A DNA stretch of 64,000 nt, taken from a virus. Taxonomy: Duplodnaviria; Caudoviricetes. The notes beneath the pieces are model-generated. The model searched no databases. It was not told the origin of the DNA and was given only the letters and a program-made list of their open reading frames with translations. The stretch lies in the IMG/VR virus record IMGVR_UViG_3300026442_000101. One strand, 5' to 3'. Shown here piece after piece: positions 14,409 to 23,800 of the stretch; position 1 is the first letter of the stretch; each line of letters opens with the position of its first letter. Both the position numbers and the translations under genes were made by a program.

Positions 14409-15266
14409 TTAAACTTCGAGCCAGTGGTAGCCTTCGCGCACTTCGCCGTCAGGGCAGAGCGGGCCACGTCCTTTACCGTGGAACGAGTTGGTGCTGTAGA
14501 TCGCATCGAAATACTTCGGCATTTCGTCGTAGCCGTGGCTGAAGATGCCGTGGGTTACGAACAGCGACATGTACTTAGCGCCTTTCTCACGCAGCTTCTT
14601 GGAAAGCTCCATGAAGGTACGGCCGCCATCACAGATGTCGTCGAAGATGATGACATTCTTGCCATCAACATCACCGTAGATCTCGGTGTGGGAGATCTTG
14701 CCGGTAGCTGGGTCACGGTGCTTACTGGCCACGATGACTTCAGACGCCTTGAGCTCTTTGGCGTACTGGTAGGTCTTCTTGAGCGCACCGGCATCAGGAG
14801 CGATCAACACCAGACCTTCGGGCAGGTGGAGCTTACCGATGTACTCCAGGGCGCTGACGTTGACACAGTTGTTGATACCGGTCATGGCGCCTTCGGAGTG
14901 AGCGTCCACGATGGTCACGGTTTCCGCATTGATCGAATTGATCATCTGCCCAACCACTGCCAGCGACAGAGCCTCGCCTTCGTTGCAGACGCGGTCCTGA
15001 CGAGCGTACGGCAGGTACGGGATGAACAGACGTACTGCACAGCCCGGCCAGCGGCGACGCACAGCGTCAGCGGTGAGCATGAGACCGATCAGCAGGTCGG
15101 AGCTGCTGAGGTGGGCTACGATGGTCACGTCAGGACGGATCATCGGTGCATCGCATGGATCGAGTTTGACATCGATCTCACCGCCCGGGAACTTGCCAAT
15201 CTTGACAGCGATGTCGCGGGACATTACGCCAGTGGCGAAGTTCATGGTGGCAATTACTTTGATCAT
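14409..15266 (-). CDS. prs: Ribose-phosphate pyrophosphokinase-like protein (Adps-like in NARP1)
   Basis: KFPGGE, IPYLPYARQDR, VDAHS, APDAGALK and IFDDICDGGRT motifs. Confidence 0.93.
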   Translation of the reverse strand: MIKVIATMNFATGVMSRDIAVKIGKFPGGEIDVKLDPCDAPMIRPDVTIVAHLSSSDLLIGLMLTADAVRRRWPGCAVRLFIPYLPYARQDRVCNEGEALSLAVVGQMINSINAETVTIVDAHSEGAMTGINNCVNVSALEYIGKLHLPEGLVLIAPDAGALKKTYQYAKELKASEVIVASKHRDPATGKISHTEIYGDVDGKNVIIFDDICDGGRTFMELSKKLREKGAKYMSLFVTHGIFSHGYDEMPKYFDAIYSTNSFHGKGRGPLCPDGEVREGYHWLEV

Positions 15267-15586
15267 TACTTTACTCCAAAGTGTTCCATCAGCATGTTCA
15301 GGTACAGTAGTTTGTGGGCTTTGATTTTACGGATGAACGCGAGTCGCTTCTGCTCGTCATGACAGACATCACCCTTCGCATTACCGCATTCGAAACACAC
15401 GACTTCTAAATTGTTCATGTCGAGCAGGAAGCCGTACCGTTTCGCCCGGCGACGAAGGATTCTCAAGTCAGCATTGTGTTCTTCGGCGATACGTCTGCCG
15501 CGACGGAGAACCCACCAGCATGCCAGGAAACTCCCGGCAAGAAGGCCTATGACAAAGGCCCCGATTACGAGGAGTGTTCCCAGCAT
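15266..15586 (-). CDS. Membrane-anchored hypothetical protein
   Basis: N-terminal TM segment; CxxC. Confidence 0.65.
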   Translation of the reverse strand: MLGTLLVIGAFVIGLLAGSFLACWWVLRRGRRIAEEHNADLRILRRRAKRYGFLLDMNNLEVVCFECGNAKGDVCHDEQKRLAFIRKIKAHKLLYLNMLMEHFGVK

Positions 15587-15597
15587 GATTACTTTCC

Positions 15598-17418
15598 TTA
15601 TACAGCGACAGGGATGTCCATGAACGGACCGTGGGTATAGCCGGTGATCTCAACATCGCTGAACTTGATGTCGTCGATGTTGTCGAACTTACCGTTGATG
15701 ACCATGCGGGCATCGAAGTCACCGTCGGAGTCGCGCCAGATCAGCTCTTTGATCGCATCGACCTGGTTGAGGTAGATGTGAGCATTGACGCCGACCGTTA
15801 CGAGTTCCATCGGAGCGTGGTTGGTGACGTGAGCTACCATGTGCAGCAGGTAGGCGTACTGAGCTACGTTGAACACGGCTCCCAGCGGCAGGTCGCTGGA
15901 ACGCAACAGGACGAAGCAGTTCAGGCCACGACGCGGAATGTCTTGCTTGTCGAGATATTCATCGACGCTACCAGCACCGCCTTGGGGAAGCTCGACGTCA
16001 TCGCGATGTTTGTACTTCAGCAGCTTCACGCGTTGCGCCATGGTGAGCACTTGCGAGGTGAACTGGAAGTACAGGTGACATGGAGGAAGCGCTGCCTGCC
16101 AGGTACGGCCGGGGTTGTGAGCAGTCACGATGATCCGACGGTCATCCGGGTTGGTGCGTAGCGTATCGATACAGTTCTGCAACTGGTCGATGCTGCGGTG
16201 CATGACCGAGTGACCGAGAGTGGTGAACTCTGGCTGAATCTCGCCCCACTTCAAGTAGCCCTGCTTGATGTAGTCGGAGAAGCTAGGGACGGCATTGTCA
16301 GCATTGGACACTACTTGCCAATCCTGCCATTTGCGCCACTGTGCGCCGTAACCACCCGCACCGATGTCAGCTTCAAGCAGAGGCCACGCATTGATGCCGA
16401 AGAAGTCCAGCAGTTTCTCTACCCGTTCCACTTGGGCGTTGTTGAGGATATCGTCCTCGAACTTGCCGTTGCGGAACACGACCACCGGGACGGTCTTGGT
16501 TTCAGCAGGATCGTCCTCACCCATCATGATAGCGCCAATGATTCGGCTCCATTCATGTTCGCGGTTCTTCGACAGGCGCGCCAACCGACGCTTGAGCGAC
16601 AGGCGCTTCGGCACGTTACGGCGGCGTGGGATGCCGCTGTAGTCGAGGATGTGGTTGAAACCGTCGACCTGGTCGCGATCGAACCCGAAGTTACTGGCGA
16701 TGTTCGGATGCTTGAAGTCCAGGTACTCGTACGGCTCACGACCACCGCCCGGATGGAACCCATGGAGGAACGGCACCACCATGTAGACCTTCCCCGTCTG
16801 TATAGCCAGCTCGATACGTTCTTGGGTGGTGAGTGTGTCGCCTTCCACAGCGTCCCAGAACTCGTACACGCGAGCTACGCCAAACTGGTCAAGGAACTTG
16901 TGGATCTCATGGATGTCAGCATCGGCCAGATTGGAGTAAGTCACCTGCTTCGAGCTTCGCCCGGGCAGCAGCGAAAGTCTTTCGGGACCACCAATGCCGC
17001 TGATCTCGATGCGACGTTCGATGAACTTCTGGATCGCCTCGGTATTTTCGAGGGTGGTGCACGACAGGTCGATACGCTGCTGGCAAGTGCGGCGCCTGAT
17101 GCGCGGCTCATCGTACTTGTCGGTGCCCTTGATGAACCAGCTGTCCCAGATACCTACCTTGTTGTCGCGCAGGTACTTGATGTTGGTGTTACCGGAGACG
17201 AACCAATGCATCTCGTGCTGGAACTTCTCAGGTAGGATACCGCGCAGGCTGATGATCGGCATCTGACCGAACTGGCAGTCAAAGCGCATGACCGCTGCGT
17301 GAGTGGCGTAGGTACCCACCCCGGTGCGGTCCTCTTGGAACCAGCCGTGATCGAGGCAATGGCGATACTTGTCGACGAACTGAGCATCAACAAGGTTGTG
17401 GATTACTGGATCGGACAT
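15598..17418 (-). CDS. thyA: Thymidylate synthase with large insertions
   Basis: DRTGVGT, EMHWFVSG.TN, IWDSW, YGAQWR, NPDDRRIIV, LPPCH..FQF, RSSD..LG..FNVAQY and NAHIYLNQ motifs. Confidence 0.96.
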   Translation of the reverse strand: MSDPVIHNLVDAQFVDKYRHCLDHGWFQEDRTGVGTYATHAAVMRFDCQFGQMPIISLRGILPEKFQHEMHWFVSGNTNIKYLRDNKVGIWDSWFIKGTDKYDEPRIRRRTCQQRIDLSCTTLENTEAIQKFIERRIEISGIGGPERLSLLPGRSSKQVTYSNLADADIHEIHKFLDQFGVARVYEFWDAVEGDTLTTQERIELAIQTGKVYMVVPFLHGFHPGGGREPYEYLDFKHPNIASNFGFDRDQVDGFNHILDYSGIPRRRNVPKRLSLKRRLARLSKNREHEWSRIIGAIMMGEDDPAETKTVPVVVFRNGKFEDDILNNAQVERVEKLLDFFGINAWPLLEADIGAGGYGAQWRKWQDWQVVSNADNAVPSFSDYIKQGYLKWGEIQPEFTTLGHSVMHRSIDQLQNCIDTLRTNPDDRRIIVTAHNPGRTWQAALPPCHLYFQFTSQVLTMAQRVKLLKYKHRDDVELPQGGAGSVDEYLDKQDIPRRGLNCFVLLRSSDLPLGAVFNVAQYAYLLHMVAHVTNHAPMELVTVGVNAHIYLNQVDAIKELIWRDSDGDFDARMVINGKFDNIDDIKFSDVEITGYTHGPFMDIPVAV

Positions 17419-17443
17419 CAGTTTGCTCCCAATGGTCTTCTAT

Positions 17444-17851
17444 CTAATTAGCCGGTTTTGTATGTTTTGATTTGAACAATCGCTCATGAGCCGCCATGGC
17501 CGCAATGCAACCAAATGACCCACCTATTCCAGAGGTCAGTAAGATTACCCAGCCGCCCATGACGATGAACGATACACTAGCCACAGCACACGTCGTTACC
17601 AGCCACGATGTCAACCAAGCCGACCAGTAATGGCCTGCCATGATGTTTCGCGACTGGAAGGCTTTGAGGAAGGCCTCAGTAAACGTGGTGAGCATGCTGC
17701 CAAGATACAGGATCGCCATTGCGATGTGGTGATAGTCTTCCTTGGTGAGTGCGTCCAGGAAAGGGAAGATGGCGAGAACATTATCCCGCCACCAGCCTTG
17801 CTGTAGCAGACCGAGCAGACCTGATTCCAGGAATGTGGTCATCGTACTCAT
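17444..17851 (-). CDS. Membrane protein (DUF5698-like)
   Basis: FLKAFQSRN...Y..A.LTS...GIGGSFG...AM..H pattern, multiple TM segments. Confidence 0.6.
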   Translation of the reverse strand: MSTMTTFLESGLLGLLQQGWWRDNVLAIFPFLDALTKEDYHHIAMAILYLGSMLTTFTEAFLKAFQSRNIMAGHYWSAWLTSWLVTTCAVASVSFIVMGGWVILLTSGIGGSFGCIAAMAAHERLFKSKHTKPAN

Positions 17852-18339
17852 CAGCGGATCACCACCGCCGACGACTGTTTAGGCTCATCACCAGGACCCC
17901 AAGCCGAACGGATGTTGCGATTATCGGCACTTCCGTACATCACCGACTTGAAGTCAAGCCCGAAGCGGGCAGCGTCAATGAACCAGACGCGCTTCAGTTC
18001 CACATTAGGGTCTTGTACGCTGTAGACCACTTCTTCGGCAATAAGCTTACTGAAGCGAACAACATCAAGAACTGCGAATTCACGTTTGTCCCAGTCGATA
18101 TCTGGAGCGAACTTGAAGAAGATCGCCCAGTCTTTCTCGCCCTTGTCGGTCTTCATGCGGATGTGCAGATAGCCGTCAGCATCAGGGAGTTTCACGAGGT
18201 CTTTTTCGTTACTGACGCAGATGCTCATGCCCGGGAAGAGATGGATAGGTTCAGCGAAATACGAATCCTCCCACGGTACCTGAGTGAAGTCATCGGAGGT
18301 CCAATCATTCATTGGGGACAGCATTGCTTCGTTGGCCAT
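17851..18339 (-). CDS. Hypothetical protein
   Basis: 162-aa ORF coupled to its neighbours. Confidence 0.7.
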   Translation of the reverse strand: MANEAMLSPMNDWTSDDFTQVPWEDSYFAEPIHLFPGMSICVSNEKDLVKLPDADGYLHIRMKTDKGEKDWAIFFKFAPDIDWDKREFAVLDVVRFSKLIAEEVVYSVQDPNVELKRVWFIDAARFGLDFKSVMYGSADNRNIRSAWGPGDEPKQSSAVVIR

Positions 18340-18399
18340 TTTTTTCTATTTCCTTACATTGAGGGACATAAAGCCCCGCCATTGCTGGCGGGGCGTGGA

Positions 18400-19128
18400 T
18401 CAACCTACCACCGGCGCAAGGTCTGCGCTGATGATGAACTGCGACCAGTTTTCGTAAACGTCGATGGTATCATCCAGCTCAAAGCCGGTTTGCCATTTGA
18501 CGTCTTCGATTGCATCTTCTTCGCCCGAAGTGACTTCAAGTACTGGCTGTACTTCAACATCGAAGTACACACCGAGGTGAGTCTTGCCGACGTCGTCCGT
18601 GGTGTCATAGATGAAACCTCGCGCTTCCACGCAGAAGTATTCAGGATCATCGGCAATGGTTACGAACTTGCCAAGACCTGGGTGGTAGAACCGCAGCTCT
18701 TCGTCTACCTCACGGATGAACGAAGCGCGCAGCGTCTGGTAGGCGTAGATCACGCCTTTCGGGCTACGGACGTAGTCGATGGAATCGACATGACCTGCAA
18801 ACCCTACCGAACGCTTGCCGGACAGACGCACTTCACCGTTGTTCTGGTCAGGGCGCTTGTACGACAGGGTGGACTTCTTATTACCTTCACCTGGCCACTT
18901 CGACACGGTGCCGTAGGGGATGAAGTGCAGCTCCGTACGAGACGCTTCCATCCGCTTACGGGTACGCGAGACGATGTCCCAGCGTGCGTCGTGGCAGAAC
19001 TTCTCGACGTCTTGCTTGATCACGCCCTGGCGCGGAGTGTTCAGCAGGACGATTGCCTGCATGATCTCCAGGCCGAAGATGCTCTCAAGCTGCTTCTCGT
19101 ACTTGTATTCTTCGTTGATCGGCGACAT
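18400..19128 (-). CDS. NUDIX-family phosphoesterase (YmaB-like)
   Basis: FIPY, YKR....EVRLSGKRSVGFAGHVD, REVDEEL, GFIYD...VGKTHLG motifs. Confidence 0.8.
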   Translation of the reverse strand: MSPINEEYKYEKQLESIFGLEIMQAIVLLNTPRQGVIKQDVEKFCHDARWDIVSRTRKRMEASRTELHFIPYGTVSKWPGEGNKKSTLSYKRPDQNNGEVRLSGKRSVGFAGHVDSIDYVRSPKGVIYAYQTLRASFIREVDEELRFYHPGLGKFVTIADDPEYFCVEARGFIYDTTDDVGKTHLGVYFDVEVQPVLEVTSGEEDAIEDVKWQTGFELDDTIDVYENWSQFIISADLAPVVG

Positions 19129-19130
19129 GT

Positions 19131-20519
19131 TTATTCACCCTTCTCGTCAGCGACGAAACCACGGCTGCGCGGCAGCATGAATTCAGCGATAGATTGGACC
19201 GTGTCGTACGGACGCTGATCGTTGGCATCGATGACGACGTGCAGTTCGATACGACCATCGTTCAAGGTTCTGATCGATACCGAGCGGTCGATGCCTTCCA
19301 GACGCTGGAGAGGATGTTCGTCGATAGGTGTCGAGATCGCAGCGCAGCCGCGAACAGCTTCGCCGATGCGAGCCGGGATGATGGCGTCAAGGCTGCGCGA
19401 CGGCTCCGGGAGATCGAACCAACGTTCAGCCGGGTAGCGGCTACCTTTACGAAGATGGTGGGTGCCGAAGTTGGTTGCGAAGTTGTCGACCACGACCATG
19501 ACATCGACGAGGACATCAGGTTTGTTGGTCATTGCCATCAGCATGTTGCGGATGACATTCGCGCTGACTTCGGTATTCAGCGAATACAGTTGTGCGGTAT
19601 TCCAGGTGGTCTCGACCCAGAATGGCACAACGGCGTTCATGAAGTTCAGGCCTTCGGTGTACTCGACGAATAGATGGCCAGCAGGCGCACCTTCCTGAAT
19701 CGCAGTACCGACCTGAGGAGCAATGATGAAGCCTGGGAGGACTTCAACACCGCCGGCAAGCCAGAGGTCAGGGCAGTTTTCGGTCGGGATCGGCTTAACC
19801 GGATCCATTGCACGGCCTGGCTCGATATCTGCGTGAGCACCTTCGGCCATCAACGAGTCGATGGTCATGGTCGGACGCTTGCGCAGATCACGATCGATCT
19901 CACCCAGGGTTGGGAGGATCTGTGCGAACACTTGCTCGACGTCGACGTTAGCGTCAATGACGCGATAACGATCAGGCTCGCTGAGAGCGAGGTCCAGATA
20001 AGCCTGCTCGGCGCGGGCGTAGTAATCGGAACCCTTGAGCTCCATCGCATCGCGAGTGGAACCTTCAGCGCGCTGGAGTTTGGTGTTCACATCAGCGGTC
20101 AGCAGGAAGGTCATGTCAGGAACGACCTCACCCACGACATGTTTGTCGAGCATGTTGATCAGTTCGACAGGCGCACCGCCGCCGGCGATCTGGTAGGCAT
20201 AGCTCGAATCGACATAGCGATCGGTAATGACGATCCAGCCGTCAGCCAGCAGCGGCTTGATGAGCTGGTTGATGTGAATGTCGCGTGCTGCGAAGAACAA
20301 CAGGAGCTCGGCGATGTCGGAAATCTCCTGCCCGTCCTTCCTTTCGGCAAAAAGAAATTCACGCAGCTTTTCCCCTGCTGGGGTCCCACCTGGCTCGCGA
20401 GTGTAGTGCACTCGGAAACCAGCATCTTCGTAAAACTTGCCAATCTTGGCGCGTTGAGTACTCTTGCCTACCTTGTCGGTACCTTCAAGAGCAATCAGAT
20501 AACCTTTCTGTTGAGTCAT
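19131..20519 (-). CDS. tmk: Thymidylate kinase fused to an unknown ~245-aa C-terminal region
   Basis: IALEGTDKVGKSTQ, TREPGGT, VITDRYVDSSYAYQ and PDMTFLL motifs in the first ~215 aa. Confidence 0.92.
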   Translation of the reverse strand: MTQQKGYLIALEGTDKVGKSTQRAKIGKFYEDAGFRVHYTREPGGTPAGEKLREFLFAERKDGQEISDIAELLLFFAARDIHINQLIKPLLADGWIVITDRYVDSSYAYQIAGGGAPVELINMLDKHVVGEVVPDMTFLLTADVNTKLQRAEGSTRDAMELKGSDYYARAEQAYLDLALSEPDRYRVIDANVDVEQVFAQILPTLGEIDRDLRKRPTMTIDSLMAEGAHADIEPGRAMDPVKPIPTENCPDLWLAGGVEVLPGFIIAPQVGTAIQEGAPAGHLFVEYTEGLNFMNAVVPFWVETTWNTAQLYSLNTEVSANVIRNMLMAMTNKPDVLVDVMVVVDNFATNFGTHHLRKGSRYPAERWFDLPEPSRSLDAIIPARIGEAVRGCAAISTPIDEHPLQRLEGIDRSVSIRTLNDGRIELHVVIDANDQRPYDTVQSIAEFMLPRSRGFVADEKGE

Positions 20520-20568
20520 TGGTTACAGCCTCCGGTTGTACTACATGATAACCGGAGGCTGTAATCTT

Positions 20569-20964
20569 TTACTTAACGAGGAACGGCATCAGATCGCCGA
20601 TTGGATTTTCGCCACCGCCTGCGTGGCCGGTGACGACTGCCATCAGCTTACCGCTCTTCTTATCAATGGTCAGCTTCTGGAGGATCAGCGGCTGGCCGCG
20701 GTATTCGCCTTTACGCATCGTTACCACCATGCCTGGAATCGGGCTCCACGCATCAGTAACGTCGATCACTGGGGTCGGTCCGGTTTCATCAACCAGATCG
20801 CCTTCAATCAGGGATCGTTCCAGACGTGCGATGATTTCAGAGTTCATCGAACGGTGATGTTCACGAGCTACTTCTGCGATACGCTCACGCATGCCATCAG
20901 GCAGACGAACAACGAATTTGTCAGCAGTGCGGGAGGAGTATACAGCTTGTTTCATTGGACGCAT
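20569..20964 (-). CDS. amrZ: AmrZ (AlgZ)-like Arc/ribbon-helix-helix regulator with a divergent C-terminal domain
   Basis: [49 protein letters not shown] is nearly identical to the Pseudomonas AmrZ N-terminal domain. Confidence 0.9.
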   Translation of the reverse strand: MRPMKQAVYSSRTADKFVVRLPDGMRERIAEVAREHHRSMNSEIIARLERSLIEGDLVDETGPTPVIDVTDAWSPIPGMVVTMRKGEYRGQPLILQKLTIDKKSGKLMAVVTGHAGGGENPIGDLMPFLVK

Positions 20965-21020
20965 TTACAACTTCCTTTTAAGATAATGACCTTCACGGTC
21001 GGTATGGTATTGCAGGTCTA

Positions 21021-21048
21021 CAATGTGTGACCGTAGTTAATTTAACTG
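21021..21048 (-). promoter_or_regulatory. Putative phage early promoter upstream of amrZ-like gene
   Basis: CAGTTAAATTAACTACGGTCACACATTG, after a hairpin terminator. Confidence 0.6.
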
Positions 21049-21081
21049 CATAAAGCCCCGGTGTCAACCGGGGCGTTATGT

Positions 21082-22173
21082 TTATTTGACGGAGGCCGAG
21101 ATCAACTTGTCGAGCGCTTTGAGCGTTCTGACGAGCTGGTCGATCATTGGCTGGTCGTAATAGTAGTTGACGGGGTCGTAGGAGTTATCCACCAACTCAG
21201 TCACCGAGTAGAACGCGTTCTCGTTCTTCTCGTTCTTCTCGAACTTACCGTTGCGAGCAGCCCATTTGAAATCGTCCATCACGTCGGTGTACCACCACTC
21301 ATGACGACCGTACTGATCGTCAAGGATACCAAGGATCCTGAACATGAGCTTACCGGCTTTCTCCACACCGTTGACGGTAAGGGCTGGCCAGTAGCTTGGG
21401 CTGTTCTGAGGCTCTTGTACGATGGAGTGGTAGATGTCGCGTTTGACTTCGATCTTGAAGTTACCGAGTGTACCGCGCGGCACTTTCAGCGCATTCATTG
21501 GTCCTGCGATCTTGGCTTGCTCAGCCAGGAGCTTGACCTTTGCTTCGGTGTAGTCATCGGCTTTGAGGAATTCACCCCAGAGCGTTTCCATCTTGCCCAT
21601 GTACTTGGTCATTTCCCGACTGTAATCGATCAGGAACTTCTCGATCTCGTTGACGCCTTTCTCGATGCCGTCGAGCAGGTTCTGAGGCCAAGGCTTCAGG
21701 CGTAGCAGAGGACCAATGTCACCGAACGGGATCATGGCGTCGGTCACTTCGATCTGCGACAGCCATTCCTTGTTCGTGTAGGTGCCCTGCACCGTCTTCT
21801 CAGCTTTCTGGATGAAGGTCCACTTCGATTCGTAGATCTCGTTGCTGTCTTCATCTTTCTTCTTCGTGCCGCTGAAGAAGTTGGTCAAGCCGACCACGAT
21901 ATCCCACAGCAGGCCTTTAGCCTCCATGGATTCATCGCCCTTCTTGTCATCTTTCTTTTTGTCGCTCTTCTTTTCTTTCTTATCCTTCTTGTCGTCGTCT
22001 TCTGCTTTCTCCGGCAGATTCTCGTACCACTTAGGATCTTCCTTGCGTTTCTTCTTATCTTCGGCGTGCCACTCCCTGGCTTGTTCCTGGTTTATGTGGC
22101 GGGCCTCAGCGAAGTCCTTGTTGTAAGACGCGATCTCGAAAAGCTTGTACTGGGCCTTACTTTTGCTGGGCAT
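21082..22173 (-). CDS. Putative virion (head) protein
   Basis: Likely start MPSKSKAQ at 22173; charged low-complexity linker followed by an S-M-E site typical of phiKZ-type head-protein processing. Confidence 0.7.
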   Translation of the reverse strand: MPSKSKAQYKLFEIASYNKDFAEARHINQEQAREWHAEDKKKRKEDPKWYENLPEKAEDDDKKDKKEKKSDKKKDDKKGDESMEAKGLLWDIVVGLTNFFSGTKKKDEDSNEIYESKWTFIQKAEKTVQGTYTNKEWLSQIEVTDAMIPFGDIGPLLRLKPWPQNLLDGIEKGVNEIEKFLIDYSREMTKYMGKMETLWGEFLKADDYTEAKVKLLAEQAKIAGPMNALKVPRGTLGNFKIEVKRDIYHSIVQEPQNSPSYWPALTVNGVEKAGKLMFRILGILDDQYGRHEWWYTDVMDDFKWAARNGKFEKNEKNENAFYSVTELVDNSYDPVNYYYDQPMIDQLVRTLKALDKLISASVK

Positions 22174-22238
22174 ACTTGCCACTCCGCTGACAAAAAAAAA
22201 GAAAGGAATGAGGCGGCTGGGCCGCCTCTGACATATCC

Positions 22239-22526
22239 TTACTCGGCGCGTATGCAGCAGCCGATTGCGGTGTAGCCATAGACCATGAAGGTCGAGTATA
22301 CGGTGGCCCAGATGCTCCACGACATACCGAAGTAGTTGTAGGCGATCAAGAACAGCCCCAAACTCACGACGTCGATGCTGGCGGACCATTTACCCAGCGC
22401 ACGGTGGTAGCTGACCAAGTAACGCGCACCTTCCCTGAAACCAATCCCGTAGATCAGGATGCCGACACTGAAAGTGGCGCCGCCGACGGTAAGTATAGCG
22501 ATAACGATGTCGATGAAGTTAAGCAT
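22239..22526 (-). CDS. Membrane protein
   Basis: Three hydrophobic segments; GGAGG SD. Confidence 0.75.
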   Translation of the reverse strand: MLNFIDIVIAILTVGGATFSVGILIYGIGFREGARYLVSYHRALGKWSASIDVVSLGLFLIAYNYFGMSWSIWATVYSTFMVYGYTAIGCCIRAE

Positions 22527-22559
22527 TGGTTGACCTCCTCGGTCGATGGTTGAATCGAG

Positions 22560-22655
22560 TTACATGTACCCGCGTTTGTGGAGTTGGGAGATTACGATGT
22601 TGGCTACAACCACTACGGTTACGCCTACAGCTACACTGCGAAGAAAGTTAGCCAT
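22560..22655 (-). CDS. Single-TM small protein (31 aa, not in ORF track)
   Basis: MANFLRSVAVGVTVVVVANIVISQLHKRGYM*, with GAGGAG SD. Confidence 0.7.
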   Translation of the reverse strand: MANFLRSVAVGVTVVVVANIVISQLHKRGYM

Positions 22656-22703
22656 GATGTTACTCCTCGGTTAGGGACAAAAGACAGCGCATGTCTATGC
22701 TGG

Positions 22704-22731
22704 TAATGTGTGCCTTGGGAAATTTAGAGTG
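22704..22731 (-). promoter_or_regulatory. Putative phage early promoter
   Basis: CACTCTAAATTTCCCAAGGCACACATTA. Confidence 0.55.
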
Positions 22732-23104
22732 CGATTCGCTGCGCACGCGCATACAGCAAGCGCGGCCAGATCGCACTCTTCTTTATGCCGTCCACAGTGG
22801 AGAGGTGTTGATAGATCTCTTCCAATTGATCGGCGCGGTTATCTCCGTAGAGCGGAGATGGCTTGTCATGACACTGGGCGAATGCGCACCAGTCACGATA
22901 CTTCAGATCGTCGATGATAGTGACGATCCTCACGTAGTGGTGCTTGCCGTCCACGGTCTTGCGCAGCATGGCTTGTTCAGCCAGATCCGCTTTGCGCAGC
23001 AGTGTGTAGTGCAGGCACTTCTGCCCATGGAACTCGTAGTGCTCAGGGAAGAACACTCGACCTTCAGCATCGTGGGTTACCTTTACTTGACCTTCCATGT
23101 TCAT
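22724..23104 (-). CDS. Hypothetical protein
   Basis: 126-aa ORF with AGGAG SD and ATGA overlap. Confidence 0.75.
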   Translation of the reverse strand: MNMEGQVKVTHDAEGRVFFPEHYEFHGQKCLHYTLLRKADLAEQAMLRKTVDGKHHYVRIVTIIDDLKYRDWCAFAQCHDKPSPLYGDNRADQLEEIYQHLSTVDGIKKSAIWPRLLYARAQRIAL

Positions 23105-23244
23105 TCTCCTTGCACCGATGCAAAAGCGGCGCGAGCGGCCTGGGCGTTGCCAGATTCGTTGAAGAAGTTGTTGGCAGTCATGCTAGCGAACAGTGCGCCA
23201 ATCATGATACCAGTCAGGGCCAGCTTAAAAGGTTTGTATTTCAT
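23101..23244 (-). CDS. Small membrane/secreted peptide (47 aa, not in ORF track)
   Basis: MKYKPFKLALTGIMIGALFASMTANNFFNESGNAQAARAAFASVQGE*, with GGAGG SD. Confidence 0.7.
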   Translation of the reverse strand: MKYKPFKLALTGIMIGALFASMTANNFFNESGNAQAARAAFASVQGE

Positions 23245-23308
23245 GTTGACCTCCGCGGTCGTTGTATGTTCGGGTTAGGGTAGTCACTATTGACTACCCT
23301 TCCTAGGT

Positions 23309-23782
23309 TTAGCGTGTGATCGAATCTACGGCATTGCTCAGCATTTCGCGAGCTACCATCGGGGTGATGTGTTCAACATCGACGATGGTCTCGAGAGTCC
23401 ACAACCAGATGATGTCATCCACCTCGTGCGGCATCTCGGTACGGTGCACGTTCAGCAGGGTGTTCTTAGCCACTGGGATGGTTACTTCCTCAGTGACTCG
23501 CTCCATGCCGAGGTTCATGCACCAGCGTTTGTACAGATCTTTCATCCGACGCTCGCCGGCTTCATCCGCGACGATGAAGCTGACGTAGAACCGGACCTTA
23601 CCTTCTTCTGGCGCGCCGATGCTGCTGGCGAGCGTGGCGACGGTTGGGATCTTGTTGATCTTTCGGCAGATGCTGTGCATGCCGTGATCAAGTTCCGTCG
23701 GGTGTACCTTGCTAAAGCGGGCCTTCGCTTTAGCCACTTCTTTTTCACTGGCGTAAAACATGGCGGACCTCCGAGGTCTCAA
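23309..23782 (-). CDS. Hypothetical protein
   Basis: ORF after the promoter motif; likely start at MFYASE with GGAGG SD. Confidence 0.7.
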   Translation of the reverse strand: MRPRRSAMFYASEKEVAKAKARFSKVHPTELDHGMHSICRKINKIPTVATLASSIGAPEEGKVRFYVSFIVADEAGERRMKDLYKRWCMNLGMERVTEEVTIPVAKNTLLNVHRTEMPHEVDDIIWLWTLETIVDVEHITPMVAREMLSNAVDSITR

Positions 23783-23800
23783 GGTGTGCTATCGCGCTGA

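Noticed and set aside
12339-15362. 1007-aa + strand ORF and other long antisense ORFs (e.g. 6805-8355, 26926-28191, 28854-31139, 52386-53696, 54395-56074, 58259-60385)
   Set aside because: They are shadow frames of strongly codon-biased genes on the opposite strand, with no motifs and no SD.
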